A stretch of DNA of 64,000 nucleotides from Podarcis muralis (Eukaryota): assembly GCF_964188315.1 (NCBI RefSeq), contig NC_135659.1, positions 56,854,001 to 56,918,000 on the forward strand. The letters run 5' to 3'. How positions within the stretch are numbered: the stretch's first letter is position 1; every line of letters starts with the position of its first letter. Under the pieces are notes generated by a model that did no database searches, was not told the DNA's origin, and saw only the letters and a program-made list of their open reading frames with translations. Positions 23,686 to 36,388 of the stretch are shown one piece after another. A program made the position numbers and the translations under genes.

Positions 23686-23931
23686 TTACTGATTGTTTCC
23701 ATAGCAATAAAGAGGGGGATCCGCAGCAGTTTGCAAATTTTGTATGTGGAGAAATACAGGCACCTGCATGTGTGCATACTTTTGATTTATCTAGTACACA
23801 TGCACACTAGTTTCATACAAATACATACATTTATGTAGGCAACCATCCCTAACCACATAAAAATACTTCCTACCATATACACAAAAGTTTTATTTTGTTT
23901 TGGAGACAAAGGGGGGGACCCAATATTTTCC

Positions 23932-24030
23932 TGCTCAAAGCCCATGACACATTTGGTAAAGGCTGCTCTCCAAGTGGAGCGCTCGCAGGCCAGTGTTTCC
24001 CAGTTGTTATGAAATATGTAATGGCCCTTC
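23932..24030 (-). mobile_element. RTE-clade LINE ORF2 C-terminal fragment (not BovB)
   Basis: Peptide NWETLACERSTWRAAFTKCVMGFE. Confidence 0.65.
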
Positions 24031-24269
24031 CTCAACTTGAGGCATATTTTCATTCACCCAGAAAGCTGAGAGCACCAGGGCATGTACTAGAGCAGGGGTG
24101 GGGAATCAGTGGCCCTCCATATATTGTTGGACTCCAACTCCCACCAGCCCCGCCCAGCATACCCAACTGGTCAGGGAAGATGAGAACTGTAGTCCAGCAG
24201 CATCTAGAACAGAGGTTCCCAAAGTGGGTGGTACTGCCTCCTGGGGGCTGTGTGGAACCTCTGGAGATA

Positions 24270-24438
24270 TACCATATTTTTTAATGTATAAGACTAGGTT
24301 TTTCCCCTAAGAAATAATGTCCAAAATTTGGGGCATCTTATACATGGATAGATCTCCCCCCATTTTCTTAAATCAGAGTCCCCCAAAATAGGGGGCGTCT
24401 TATACATGGGGGATTTCTTATAGACAGGGAAATATGGT
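24270..24438. mobile_element. Tc1/mariner(pogo)-type MITE
   Basis: ta|ccatattttt...gaaatatgg|ta, sharing the internal gagtcccccaaaatagggggcg with the 21559 copy. Confidence 0.72.
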
Positions 24439-24726
24439 AAATCACTATCAGAACTTGAAAAGCTGGTATCACTGGATCAAGTTCATCAACTCTGCTGAAT
24501 TAAACTAAACAGTTTTGAATTTTATTGTGTTATTATCTTCCTTAGTAGGTTGTGCAAACCGTATCATTGTGGCAGTGATGGATGTATGGCAGCGCAGGCA
24601 GTTCCACCACACAGGGTGCTGAGCTAAGGGAGCACAAAAATAAGAAGATCCATTTGGGGGCACCAAATTTTGGCCTTGCACAGGGCACCATAATACAAAA
24701 GTTTACCAAAGCCCATCCCTAGTAGG

Positions 24727-25012
24727 AAATCAGCCCTGAGTGCTCACTGGAAGGACAGATCGTGAAGCTGAGGCTCCAATACTTTGGTCACCTCATGAGA
24801 AGAGAAGATGCCCTAGAAAAGACCCTGATGTTGGGAAAGATGGAGGGCACAAGGAGAAGGGGACAACAGAGGACGAGATGGTTGGACAGTGCTCTCGAAG
24901 CTACCAGCATGAGTTTGACCAAATTGCGGGAGGCAGTGAAAGACAGGAGTGCCTGGCGTGCTCTGGTCCGTGGGGTCACGAAGAGTCGGACACGACTAAA
25001 CAACAACAACAA
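24727..25012 (+). mobile_element. BovB 3' fragment
   Basis: KLRLQYFGHLMRREDALEKTLMLGK...VTKSRTRLN, a (CAA)n tail and a TSD catccctag(t/c)agg at 24714-24726 and 25013-25025. Confidence 0.93.
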
Positions 25013-25736
25013 CATCCCTAGCAGGGGGCACTGGGGATGAGCTTATGGAACCAAGGGAGCAATGGTGCAGAAAAGTATGAGAACCACTGATCTAAAGGGC
25101 CACAGCTTCCCCACTCCTGCAGTAGAGAACCTCTCCTCCACCTTAATTCCTTGTCAGAACCTAAGCAAGTATGAAGAAGTGAAGTATCTTAGCTCGAGTT
25201 CACCACAAATACAAAGATCCCCAATTCTGCCAAATATTAGTTCCATCATGCACGTCATGGCCCAGGGAATGTGATCCCCAGCAGGGGAAGGCAGCGTCAT
25301 GCTGGTTTAGCGGTATGTAATTCCATTAGCCTCTCAACCCTTGTTCTCTTTGCTTATCTGCTACGTGCTCAGCTCCGGCTCAAGCTAAGACTTTCACAGG
25401 GCTCACCACGCTGCTTGGCAGAAAACCAAAAAATGGCCTTTTTACCTTCCTCTGCAAGGACTCCTGGGGATCACATCAATGGAGCTGCCAGAAAAGGATG
25501 GACTTAAAACCACCAATGCTATCAATAAATGATGGTTTTACAGGAAAGCTTGCTGACAGTCCTCCAAGGGCAGGTCCAAAATACTGGGTTGTTTTCTGCT
25601 CACTCCAATATCTTGCTCTGATCAAATCCCTGGCACAAGCGGAAGGCTGGATGCAGCCAATGATCTGCTAATTGAAAGAGCTGCCAGTTTGGTCACTCAG
25701 TGCAGAAACTTTCCCAGTAGAAAAGCAACCCAAATG

Positions 25737-25975
25737 GTAGGGTTGCCAGTAGAAATTTGATTCAGTTCACATCTAAAGGCAAATCTACCTAATATTCACT
25801 TTTGGAAACATTGTGCAAACTGAAAAACAGCCCTTCTTCAAAGCGTATGCAAAAGTGCATACTCTAAAGTAAAGGGTATATTAAAATGCATATGATACTG
25901 AAAACAACTACAAAAATGTTTTGTAATGGGGAATGTTGCTTTGTAGAAATATATGCATTAGGCAAAATTTTCTTG
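25737..25975 (+). mobile_element. Degenerate AT-rich MITE (TAGGGATG-type family)
   Basis: gaaatttgattcagttcacatctaaaggcaaatctacctaat is shared with the 39551 and 43064 copies. Confidence 0.55.
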
Positions 25976-26060
25976 ATGACTTTTTTTTTTAATTGCAAAC
26001 TGCTGTGGAAATCTGGAAAACTGGATCTTTCACAGTTTTAATTGCTTCTGATGGGTTATA

Positions 26061-26257
26061 CAGTGGTACCTCTGGTTGTGAATGGGATCCGTTCCGGAGG
26101 CCCGTTTGCAACATGAAAAGAGCACAACCTGAAGCGCCATATCTGCACAGGTGCGCTGCATGATTTGGCGCTTGTGCGCATGCACGAGTGGCGAAACCCG
26201 GAAGGGTGTAACCTGAAAGAACGTAACGTGAAGCAAACGTAACATGAGGTATGACTG
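26061..26257. mobile_element. Tigger/pogo-type MITE
   Basis: TA|CAGTGGTACCTC...GAGGTATGACTG|TA. Confidence 0.85.
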
Positions 26258-26391
26258 TACCTAAATGCATGTGTACAGTACAGACTTATTTCAGTAGAGG
26301 TCTGAAATGCGTTCTTCGTCAAGTAGTTTCTGCCACCCCTGATAAAATTTCATAGTTGGGACCCTGAAAAAGAGCATGGGGGGGGGGGGAG

Positions 26392-27970
26392 GCAAATTGC
26401 CACGCCGCATAGTTAAAGTATGGAACTCACTCCCACAAGAAGTTGTGATGGCCACTAACTTGGATAGCTTTAAAAGAGGGTTAGACAGGCCAAGGCCAGG
26501 AAAAGACCCAACATGGAGGCCTACTGGCCAAAATATTGGGAAATAATTGAAAAAATTGGAGACAATTGGAGGCTGCAGAGCCAAGACAAATTAAAAAATA
26601 AGGTGCGGGATTGGTTACATTATGCTCAAATCCAAGAGGTTTTTAAAATGGACAAAAAAGTTGGTTTCCAGGTGGAAAAATCGAAATTAGAGACGGAATT
26701 GTTAGAACCAAAAACTAAGACACTTTCGAAAATGTATAACTTGCTGCTTAAATGGAATACACAGGATGAGACAGTCAAATCTGCCATGATAAAATGGGCA
26801 CAGGATATTGGACACAACATTATGTTTGAAGACTGGGAAAGGTTATGGAACACCGGAATGAAGTTTACGGCATGTAATGCCTTAAAAGAAAACATTATGA
26901 AAATGACATACCGGTGGTACATGACCCCAGTCAAGTTAGCCAAGATATACCACCTGTCTGACAATAAATGTTGGAAATGTAAGGAGGCAGAAGGGACATT
27001 CTTTCATCTTTGGTGGACCTGCCCTAAAGTGAAGGCCTACTGGGAAATGATTTATAACGAGTTAAAAAAGGTATTTAGGTATACCTTTCCCAAGAAACCA
27101 GAGGCCTTCCTATTGGGCATGGTGGACCAGAAGGTGTTAAAGAAGGATAGAACTTTGTTTATGTATGCTACCACAGCAGCAAGAATCCTTATTGCAAAGC
27201 ACTGGAAGACTCAAGATTTACCCACGCTGGAGGAGTGGCAGACGCAGTTGATGGACTACATGGAACTGGCTGAAATGACTGGCAGAATCCGAGATTTGGG
27301 GGAGGAAACAATGGAAGAGGACTGGAAAAAATTTAAGGACTATATGCAAAAACATTATAAGTTGTACGAATGTTAAGAAATATGCACGATTAGGAAATTT
27401 TTGGCTTTAGCAACTTGATTAGGTAAACTGAAAATTAAGACAAGAAAAAAGAGGTGGTAAATATGAAACAATTTTATTATGTTAACTTTAAATGTACAAA
27501 GTTGGGATACAATATTGAGAATTTAGAAACATAATAACTGAAAGATACAGTAAGTTAAGAAACAAGGTAACAAATTGCTGAAACTTTTATTGCAAAGAAC
27601 GCAGAGTCGTGAGGATGTGGGGAAGTCCATTTGGAATATTGGTAAAACTATTGAAAGTTGGATTGTAATAATCTTTTTATTATTTTTCTTTGTTTGTGTT
27701 TCTAGTATTTTCTTGCTTTAATCTTGTGTCTATGACCTTAAGAAAAGAAACTCATTAAAAAATATTTTAAAAAAATAAAAAAAATAAAAGAGGGTTAGAC
27801 AAATTGGTGGAGCAGAGGGATATCAATAGCTACCAGCCACAATGGCTATGTTTTACCTCCAGGGTCAAAGGCAGTAGGCCTCTGAGTGCCAGCTGCAGGG
27901 AACTACTCAGCCTTTGCTTTGGGGCTTCCCACAGATGTTTGGGTTGCCACTGTGAGAAGAGGATGCTGGG
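26392..27970 (+). mobile_element. Old CR1 3' fragment split by the L1 insertion (pieces ~26392-26487 and ~27802-27970)
   Basis: tatggaactcactcccacaagaagttgtgatggccactaacttggatagctttaaaagagggttagaca resumes as aattggtggagcagagggatatcaatagctac after the L1. Confidence 0.8.
26488..27784 (+). mobile_element. L1-clade LINE, 5'-truncated, with an intact ORF2 C-terminal 287 aa (26513-27376)
   Basis: CCHC knuckle CWKCKEAEGTFFHLWWTCPKV, AT-rich 3' UTR and A-rich tail. TSD taaaagagggttagaca at 26471-26487 and 27785-27801, at a TT/AAAA site. Confidence 0.93.
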
Positions 27971-27982
27971 TTTGTTTTCTCC

Positions 27983-28262
27983 TTGTTTTCTCCTGCTTTG
28001 GAGGGCAGGACTTGCACCAACGGCTGCAAGTTACAAGAAAGGAGATTCTGACTAAACATCAGGAGAAAATGACAGTAAGAGTTGTTAGACAATGGAACAG
28101 ACTCCCTCGAAAGGTGGCGGACTCTCCTTGCTTGGAGGTTTTTAAGCAGAGGTTGGAAGGCCACCCGTCATGGATGCTTTAACTGAGATTCCTGCATTGC
28201 AAGGGGTTGGACTAGATGACCCTTGGGGTCCCTTCCAACACTACAATTCTATGATTCTATGA
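27983..28262 (+). mobile_element. CR1 3' fragment
   Basis: [32 protein letters not shown] and an (ATTCTATG)2 tail. Confidence 0.9.
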
Positions 28263-30822
28263 CTCAATGAATTATTGGACTAACCCAGCAGGTTCTTCTT
28301 GTGTTTTTTATGTTAGGAGCCCATCCTTCTGCCAGGGACAGCAGAGTCTCCACAATTCTGTCTTCTCTCTAGAGTGGAATGCAGCAGCAAACAGATGTGA
28401 AACATCAGGGCACAAAGTCCCCCACCGGCCTTATTTAAGCCATTGTGTTAATTCGGCTTTAAAGCCAGGAGCTGTTCTGGCAGCAGCTAAATTTAGAAAG
28501 AGCTGCAAGGTGCTCCTGCCTGAGGTTGGGGGTCTGCCGGTTGGTGGAATCCAAACGGGCAGATAATCAGAGTGGAAAATGTTGCCTTTGAATGTGTTAA
28601 CTGGCTTACATGTGCCTTGCATGACAACTGAACTCACTACCTGCACATCTGTGTTGGAGCAGAGTGTTCTGGTGGAACAGGCTTCAGAATCCACAGCTGG
28701 GTTCTGTTTTTGTACTCTGGGCATGACACAGAAAGAACGGGTAAAGGTGGCTTCCAGCAGGGCAGGTTCTTTCTGGATCTCTGGGTTATCCTCTGTAGCA
28801 CATCATGCCTGCAATTCTTATCCACCTACCCTCTGCAGTCTCTCACCTTCCATGCTGAGTGACAAGGCAGAGTCAAGTCCTGACCTACATTCCTCAAGGT
28901 GAAATCCTTCTCCTGTTTTCGAATGAGATTCAGATATTTGTTTGGACTGACAAATACTGCAAATCCCTTTCACACCTTGGAAGAATGTTGGTGAAAGCGA
29001 CACAATCTGCATAATTCCCAATTTGCAATTCATCATTTATGAATACGCTGTTCAAGTTGTCTGCCAGATGCCCAGGATGGTTCTCAATCAACGCTGCTCT
29101 TCAGCTGTTTGAAAGAACTTCAGGATGTCACCACATAACAAATATCTGAGAATGCAATTAGCCAATACTGGACTCCCAAATGAATGAGTCTCTCGATACC
29201 CCTGAATCTAGCCATGTGAGTTGTCATTTTGCACTAGCTAATGAATTATAAAATTATGAATTGCCTGGTAATAGACTGCAAATAGGGTATACCAAATTAA
29301 TGAAATATAAATTAACTAAGTGTGAATAGCCAATTCAAAAGGCATATAACATAATAGATTGTTTTTTTTAAAAAAAAAACAGGCTCGTCAATTCCATCCA
29401 TTATTATGAGACAATCACCTTTCTTTTTAATCAAATCTTAGAATCCAAATATATCAGATCTGAAATGGGAAAAGATTCATCTGGCTATCTATAAATCTGG
29501 CCCTTGGGTTTGGCAACAATGGAAATCAGAAGCTTGAATGCTGCATTCAGTTTCTAATTTATGGAAAGCAGAGTGCCTAGCTTAATATGTCTTCCCTATG
29601 GTATATTTAGAATGGGTACTGGCTTTGCTGAGAATTGCCTGTGGCATATACACTATTTGAAAAACAACAGAGAGTTAAGGTGCAGGATGCTCCCTCTCCA
29701 GGCTAGGTTGAGATTTTGACTCACCCATCTCCTCTAGGAAGCCCTGTAAGACTTGCTTATTTCACTAGAGGGCTTGGTGCACTGCTACAGTGCCATGGGG
29801 TCGGTTATATGAGCCAGTCCACACCCTGGGCACCATCCTGCACACCCCACTTCCTTTTATGCAGTCTGGTATTAGTTAGCTGCCTAGTTTAATTAGAGCC
29901 GAGAAGGAATTGGGTGGTGGGTGCTCTCTCACTAGCCCCTAGGGCATCCCCCCCCCCCACAGACCCTTTTTCACCTGGAAGTCTCTCCTAGAAGAGGAGG
30001 CACTGTGGCAAATTAGCTGGGCCTGATGGGAGTTGCATTCCAAAGCATCTAGAGGACACCAGTTTGGCCGAAGCTGGCTTATCCCCTAGTAACTGTGGCT
30101 CATCTTAATCATACGTTTCTTAAAGCTTTTTGCTGCTTTTGCAGAGGCAAACTATTGCAGCTACATTTCTGGAAGGCTTTCAGATGCCGCATACTTTGTC
30201 CCGTCGGCTAATATGCAAGTTGGCTGGATCCATTTGGTCATTAGTAACACTTTCCCCCACAAAAAGTAAGAGAAGCAGCGGCAGCAGGGGAGTTTTCTGC
30301 CAGTATTTTGCCTGGAGTCTGGGCACTGACTGCTGCTGCTGTCTCCTTTTGCGTTGCTTATCTCATCAGCCGGTGCTGAAGGTATCATGCTTGGTGCAGT
30401 CTTTAATAACCCAGAAGCATGCTGACAGGAACACTTTGTTAACAGTCTCTGAAATCTAAATCCACCTTGCCTTTCACTCTCCTATTCATTTCCCTCCACT
30501 CCTTTGAAATTTATAGCCCAACAACACATCCAGTCACATTTCCTAGACTAATGTGCATCTCCCGAGCTTTAGCTAATATACAACTTTGGCGCTGCAGAAG
30601 AGAGGGTGCAAAATTTCTTCTTGACCCCTGACCACTGGAGGCAGGTGCTTGGAGCAAAACCTCCCTCCTTCCAGCTCATAAATCTCCAGGCATATTTCTG
30701 GAAGAGGCCAGAGCTAGAGGGTGTCAAAATTCATTGCAGACGAAGTAGGGAGGGAAGCAAAGTAGAATCTTCACAGCTCTTTGCCTTAGAGAGTGTGGTT
30801 GAGAGCCAGAATTATATGGTCA

Positions 30823-31002
30823 GGTCACATCCATACCATATACTTAAAGCACTTATATACCACTTTAAGAGTCATTCAGAATCCCGGGACTGCTGGATTT
30901 GACAGAGCTGATTTCACAGAGCTCCAATTCTCAGGACCCTTAACAAACCACACTTCCCAGAATTCTCCATGACTGTTAAAGTGCTATGGTGCGGATGTGA
31001 CC
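30823..31002. mobile_element. PIF/Harbinger-type MITE related to 22732
   Basis: TIRs ggtcacatccatacca / tggtgcggatgtgacc and an internal aaaccacacttcccagaattc. Confidence 0.6.
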
Positions 31003-31295
31003 TCCATTGCTAGCAGAGAGCACTATTCCACAACCATTTTGGATGTCTCTTCACTAGCACCTTGGCTCAGAAAAGGCTACACTTTTCTTCTGGGAAAGTA
31101 TCTGTTTAGGCATAGGGGCCACTTCAGACTGATGCTGAAAATCTGTTGGCCAGTGAGCAGGCCTAAGATGCATGTCAGTGTCTAGGGAGCAGAGCTAAAC
31201 AGGTATGTCAACACCCATGGTTGCTAAACAACTGAAGAGGCCTGATGGTGGTGAGAAATGTAGTCCATTGTTTATCTTAGGCTACAGTCTTTTTT

Positions 31296-31525
31296 TGTTG
31301 GTGTTTAGTCGTTTAGTCATGTCCGACTCTTCATGTCCCCATGGACCAGAGCATGCCAGCACTCCTGTCTTCCACTGCCTCCCGCAGTTTGGTCAAACTC
31401 AAACTCATGTTGGTAGCTTCGAGAACACTGTCCAACCATCTCGTCCTCTGCCGTCCCCTTCTCCTTGTGCCCTCAATCTTTCCCAACATCAGGGTCTTTT
31501 CCAAGGAGTCTTCTCTTCTCATGAG
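31296..31525 (-). mobile_element. BovB 3' fragment
   Basis: MRREDSLEKTLMLGKIEGTRRRGRQRTRWLDSVLEAT. Confidence 0.92.
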
Positions 31526-31729
31526 ATGAAATTAGGTTCAGATAAAATCGTATGAATGCACCTCATTTGCACTGTGGGTAAGACTCTGCTATGAGAATTC
31601 TGAAGCAAACGTTTTCAAGGGCAGTATTTTACAAACTGGCCCCATCAAGTGCAAGGATTACTGCTCTTGCATTGGGAATTTCCCCTCTCTCTTTTCCTGC
31701 ATGCACCTCACGCCCTCCCCAAAACTGCT

Positions 31730-32180
31730 CCAAGGGTTGGGGAATCTCCTAGAGCAAATTTAGGGAGGTGCTGGGAGAGGAGGGGGAAAGCCCTGTTGTG
31801 CTGATGGCAGAGATGGAAGGATCTGTCAGTTTTTGTTTCTCTGTTTTTCTCATTTTTCCAATCATTATTTTGGTTCTCCGCAGTTTGGAGCAATTTGCAA
31901 AAAAAAAAAAAGTCACTCATGAAAATTCATCAGCATTTTAGTGCAAATGTCTCCCAATAAACACATCTTTATATGAGCTTTTGCCTAATATACCCACTTT
32001 ATGCCTTTTTAACATTTTGGTACACATTCCTTGGTTGGAGAACTGCATTGCAAAAATTGGATAAGTGTAAATTTCAAATAATAGTTGTGTTTCCATTTGC
32101 ATATTGTTTCAGAAAATATGAATTTGGTAGAATTGCTTTAATACATACTGAACTGAATTTCTCCTCAGTTGCTAGCTAGA
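31730..32180 (-). mobile_element. Degenerate AT-rich MITE (TAGGGATG-type family)
   Basis: Reverse complement shares aatttgcactaaaatgctg..gaattttcatgag..actt with the 43064 copy. Confidence 0.55.
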
Positions 32181-32789
32181 GGTAATCCTTTGCTGGTGGA
32201 ACCCTGATTTAGCACTACATTCAAGAAATCAATGGGTGTAAGTTATAATTTGGCCTTGGCTTCTGTGCAAGCTGATACCATTACCTTCCAGAACCTAATT
32301 TATTTGAATTCTATGAAATAAGCTTTGTTTTATTTTGTTCTTTTTAATGCTGAATATTAGTTAAAGTATACAAAATTTTAATTAAAAGATTTGTATCCTG
32401 CAATATAATTAACCATCCTCAAGACAGAATACAAAAATAAAATATAACCTGTTTGATATACAATACAAGACAAAACTGCTTAAAAACAAAACCATTGAAC
32501 AAACATACCCCAAAGAGTGAAGCATACAGAGGAAGCCACCAACAAAATGGTTAAAAAGCTTGAGGGGGTGGGGATGTAAGTAGAGGAGGAGCCAAGCAGA
32601 GTTCTCAGAGGAGGGAATTCTACAAATGCGAATTCGCATTTGAGGTGGATCTTAGGGGCAAGTTCATATGGGTGTAGGTGATCCTCCATGTAACCAAGCC
32701 CAAATCCACTCTTGAAAGGTTAAAACTCAGATTTTAAACAGAGCCCAGAAATAGGTAATGAAAGCAACTATTGCTAAATTGATGTGATA

Positions 32790-33110
32790 GGGTCAGATTG
32801 CCTTGCCCCTGCAAGTGTTGTGGCAACTGAATTTTGCACCAGCTGAAGTTCCAAGATTGTCATTAAAGGCAGCCCCATGCAGAGAGAATGTCAGTAGTTT
32901 AGTCTGGATATAATCAGCACAGGTATAACAAGGCCTGGTCCACTTTCTCCCTAACAGAGTCAGATTGAAGCATCCCAAGCTGGTTAAATGCACTCTTGGT
33001 CATTAAGGTTATCTCTGCCTCAATAGGTAATGCTGGGTCCAGGAGTATCCCAAACTGGGTATGTATATCTTCAGGAAGAGGGTAAATCCATTCCATACTG
33101 GCTGCAAACC
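32790..33110 (-). mobile_element. Old L2 ORF2 fragment
   Basis: FGILLDPALPIEAEITLMTKSAFNQL resembles the L2 motif LGVLLDPxLSxExQVxxVxRSAFYQL. Confidence 0.65.
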
Positions 33111-34003
33111 AGTTGCTTTGTAACAACAATATACAAATATACTACTACTACAATGATCAAATTTCTCCCTCCCCCTGAAAAAAAACCCCACCAAGAACAA
33201 CACAACAGTAGGAGTAAAGTTAATGAGGTCTAAACAGCAGTAAAAGGCAACTAGTCATTAAAAGTCTTGGCCTAGTGCCTAAAGCTCATCCAACTAGACA
33301 ATAGGCAAACAGCTCTATGGACAGCATTTGCAGGGTGCCACCACATAGAATACCACTTCCCTAGTCACCACCTGGTTAAGGTCTGAGGCTGTTGGCACTC
33401 AGGGAAAAGCCACTATTCTGGACTGGTATTTCAGTTATGAAATGGAGAGCTGACTCCTGTGGAATGTTTGGCATCTTTACAATTAAAAGCCTTCCAGTTC
33501 TGCCTGCAGCGACCTAATCCAGAAGGTTACATAAATACCGACAGTAAATGGGAAATGTACCTGCTACGATGAATTATGGACACCCAAAAGAGGTGGCCAT
33601 TTAGCATAAGAAATGTGATTTCTGTAATTATGTAAATGCAGCCTAATTAACTTTTCCCCTTGTTTTTCAAAATCCTCTCTCAATTAAGTCTGGAAATCTT
33701 ATGTTTGTTCTCAGTTATTCCCCTCTCTCACGTCCTACTCCCAAGCTAATTTTGCATTATTTCTGGTCCTTGCAATATCACTAGGTTGAATATCATTTGC
33801 AAACTTAATTTGCCTGATGTTTACTTTCATTTCCAGGTCATTTAATAAAGAAGTTGGGGGGAATCAGGTACACCTGTCCATTCTGTTGTACCCCTTCCAC
33901 ACAGCTCATGATTACATTCCTCCAGGTAGGCTCCACCTTATGATAACCTTTCTATACCAAACAGCTCATATGAGGAGGAACTTGGATAAATCTCATCCTT
34001 ATA

Positions 34004-34139
34004 TAGGCATAGGCAATCTCAGTCTTCCAGATGTTTTGGGACTACAATTCCCCAAATCCCTGACCACTGGTTCTGTTAGCTAGGGATGGTGGGAGTTGTA
34101 GTCTCAAGACATCTGGAGGGCCAAGTTTGCCTATGCCTG
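34004..34139. mobile_element. Palindromic hAT-type MITE (caggcataggcaaac family)
   Basis: Long inverted arms with TSD tccttata / tccttaca (7/8). Confidence 0.88.
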
Positions 34140-34219
34140 TCCTTACACATAAATGAGGTATAGGTCCTGTTCAGAGCTTCCACATGGAATTAAGTAATTC
34201 TATTAACACAGGGTGCATT

Positions 34220-34388
34220 AGGGAAGGGCTTTAGCTCAAAGGCAGAGCAGATGGCTTGCATGCAGAAGGTTTCAGGTCCAAGCAGGAGAAGACTCATGTC
34301 TGAAACCCTGGAGACCTGCTGCCCATCACTGCAAATACTGAGCCACATGGGCCAATGAGCTGATACAGTATTAGGAAGCTTCCTATGC
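34220..34388 (+). mobile_element. Old tRNA-headed SINE with a gcagcttcctatg tail
   Basis: tagctcaaaggcagagca...gcatgcagaaggt head. Related copies at 47894, 52070, 59955 and 63836. Confidence 0.7.
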
Positions 34389-36068
34389 ACAGGGAGAGAG
34401 CAAAGAATAATGAAATTATCAGATTGTTTTTCATGATGATTTCTTTACACCTATTAATGCCCATTTTGAAACTTAATGTTGAGCAAAAATGATGTAGGCA
34501 CAAGTCGCCCAACATCAGAAGTGACTTCTTGACAATTGGCCCATCAGGCCCATCCGTGGTGATACCAGGGTGAGTGTACAAAAACCACATTCTTCCTTCC
34601 TTTTGAATCCACTCAAGCCATTCTGGTATGGTTCTTTCTATTCAGTTCTGCTTCATAGAATTTTCAAGGACCTGATACCTAATAATAACCCAGCCTTCAC
34701 AAAAGAAAATAATGAAAAACCCCAAGTTTTTAAAGGGTCGCAGAGGGTTGCCATGGCCTCCTGACCCTGCAGGACATAGATCACTTATTCAAGGCTAATT
34801 TGTGTCCATCCTTTGCTGTGCTTGGAAACAACAATTTCAAGGATGCTGGCGAGCCGGGACTTGAAACACCATTGTGCTGAAATGAGTCATCCTTCTTCAG
34901 AATAGAAGAAATCTTTGAAAAATGGGGAAAGTATTGCAGTATAATGTGATTTTCCCCCCTCTTCCCTTGGATTCTTGGGGAGTTTATAAGAAGCCAAGAA
35001 CAAGAGCTGAGAAGGAGGGCATTCTTGGGGTGTTTCTATCTTTTCCTACCAGCCACTCATATATCAGCCATGAGAATGATATGTCAGTCATGAAAGGACC
35101 TTTTATACTTCTCTTTGGCTGTTGCCTCTCTTTGAGATTAGGTTTATATAACTACCCAAACACAGAGTTCAGAATTATTCTCTTATTCCCCTTTGGTTCT
35201 TAGTCGTCCACAAAATGCTTTGCCTGTCAAAAGAAATAAGGAAGGCACCCATTTGGATATACCACAGAACACCCTATTCATTCACAGCATTTTTTTAAAC
35301 TTGCATTCTCCCCACCCCACCCCACCCCACCCATCATCTAAGTATGTTTCTGAAGATTGCAGGATTGATGCTGCTGCAGAGAACACATAAAACTTCCATT
35401 ATCACCCACCGATGTGAACATGTGAAAATGCCATCATTGATTATCACATTATCAGCTCTCATGCATCATTGCCTCTTATCAAATCAGGAAATCCTTCTGA
35501 AAAGGAAACTGCGCTGGAAACTCAGCACACTGTCTGTCACCAGGACCAGCCCTATCATTGGCTGAGGGAGGCAATTGCCTCAGAGGGCAGGTGCACAGAG
35601 ACAGCAGCCGCAGCTTGCCACCTCCAGCCATTCCTCCTGAACCCCTCAGCCATTTCCCTCTGTGGGAGATCAGAAGTATGTGTAAGTCAGAAACTACTGT
35701 ACTTCAGCAAGCCTACTATCTTCAGGTTAACTGGAGGATGCCATCCCATGGCTAGTATTGAAATCAGACGTCAGTCCAGGCAGCTTCTGCATATGGAATG
35801 TGAAGGGGTGTGGGATCTCATCCTTTGCCTCAAGCAGCAAAATGTCTTGAGCCAGCCCTGCCTATCTCCCAAGACATGGTGACTAATTAGAACAGGCAAC
35901 TTTTCCAACATTGTGATAAATGGTTGGTCTGTCTGTGGAGGGAAGGCTTAGGGACTGCACAGTCATTATCAGTGAAGCTACTTGGGTTTTGTCCTCACCA
36001 CAACAGGTACCCGAAGTGCAGTGCTTTATTTCTCCCTAGGAATGAATGAGAACCATTCATTGCTATAA

Positions 36069-36388
36069 AGGTAAAGGTAAAGGTACCCCTTCCCGTACGG
36101 GCCAGTCTTGACAGACTCTGGGGTTGTGCGCCCATCTCACTCAAGAGACCGGGGGCCAGCGCTGTCTGGAGACACTTCCGGGTCACGTGGCCAGCATGAC
36201 ATCGCTGCTCTGGCGAGCCAGAGCAGCACATGGAAACGCCGTTTACCTTCCCGCTAGAAAGCAGTCCCTATTTATCTACTTGCACCCGGGGGTGCTTTCG
36301 AACCCCGCCGCGGGGATTCGAACCGCCGACCTTTCGATCGGCAAGCCCTAGGTGCTGAGGCTTTTACCCACAGCGCCACCCGTGTCCC
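36069..36388 (-). mobile_element. Sauria SINE with an internal ~41-bp deletion
   Basis: Minus strand starts gggacacgggtggcgctgtggg and ends (ACCTTT)n. 14-bp TSD attcattgctataa at 36055-36068 and 36389-36402. Confidence 0.95.

Noticed and set aside
26513-27376. 287-aa ORF as a host gene
   Set aside because: It is the L1 ORF2 C-terminus, bounded by a TSD and A-rich tail.
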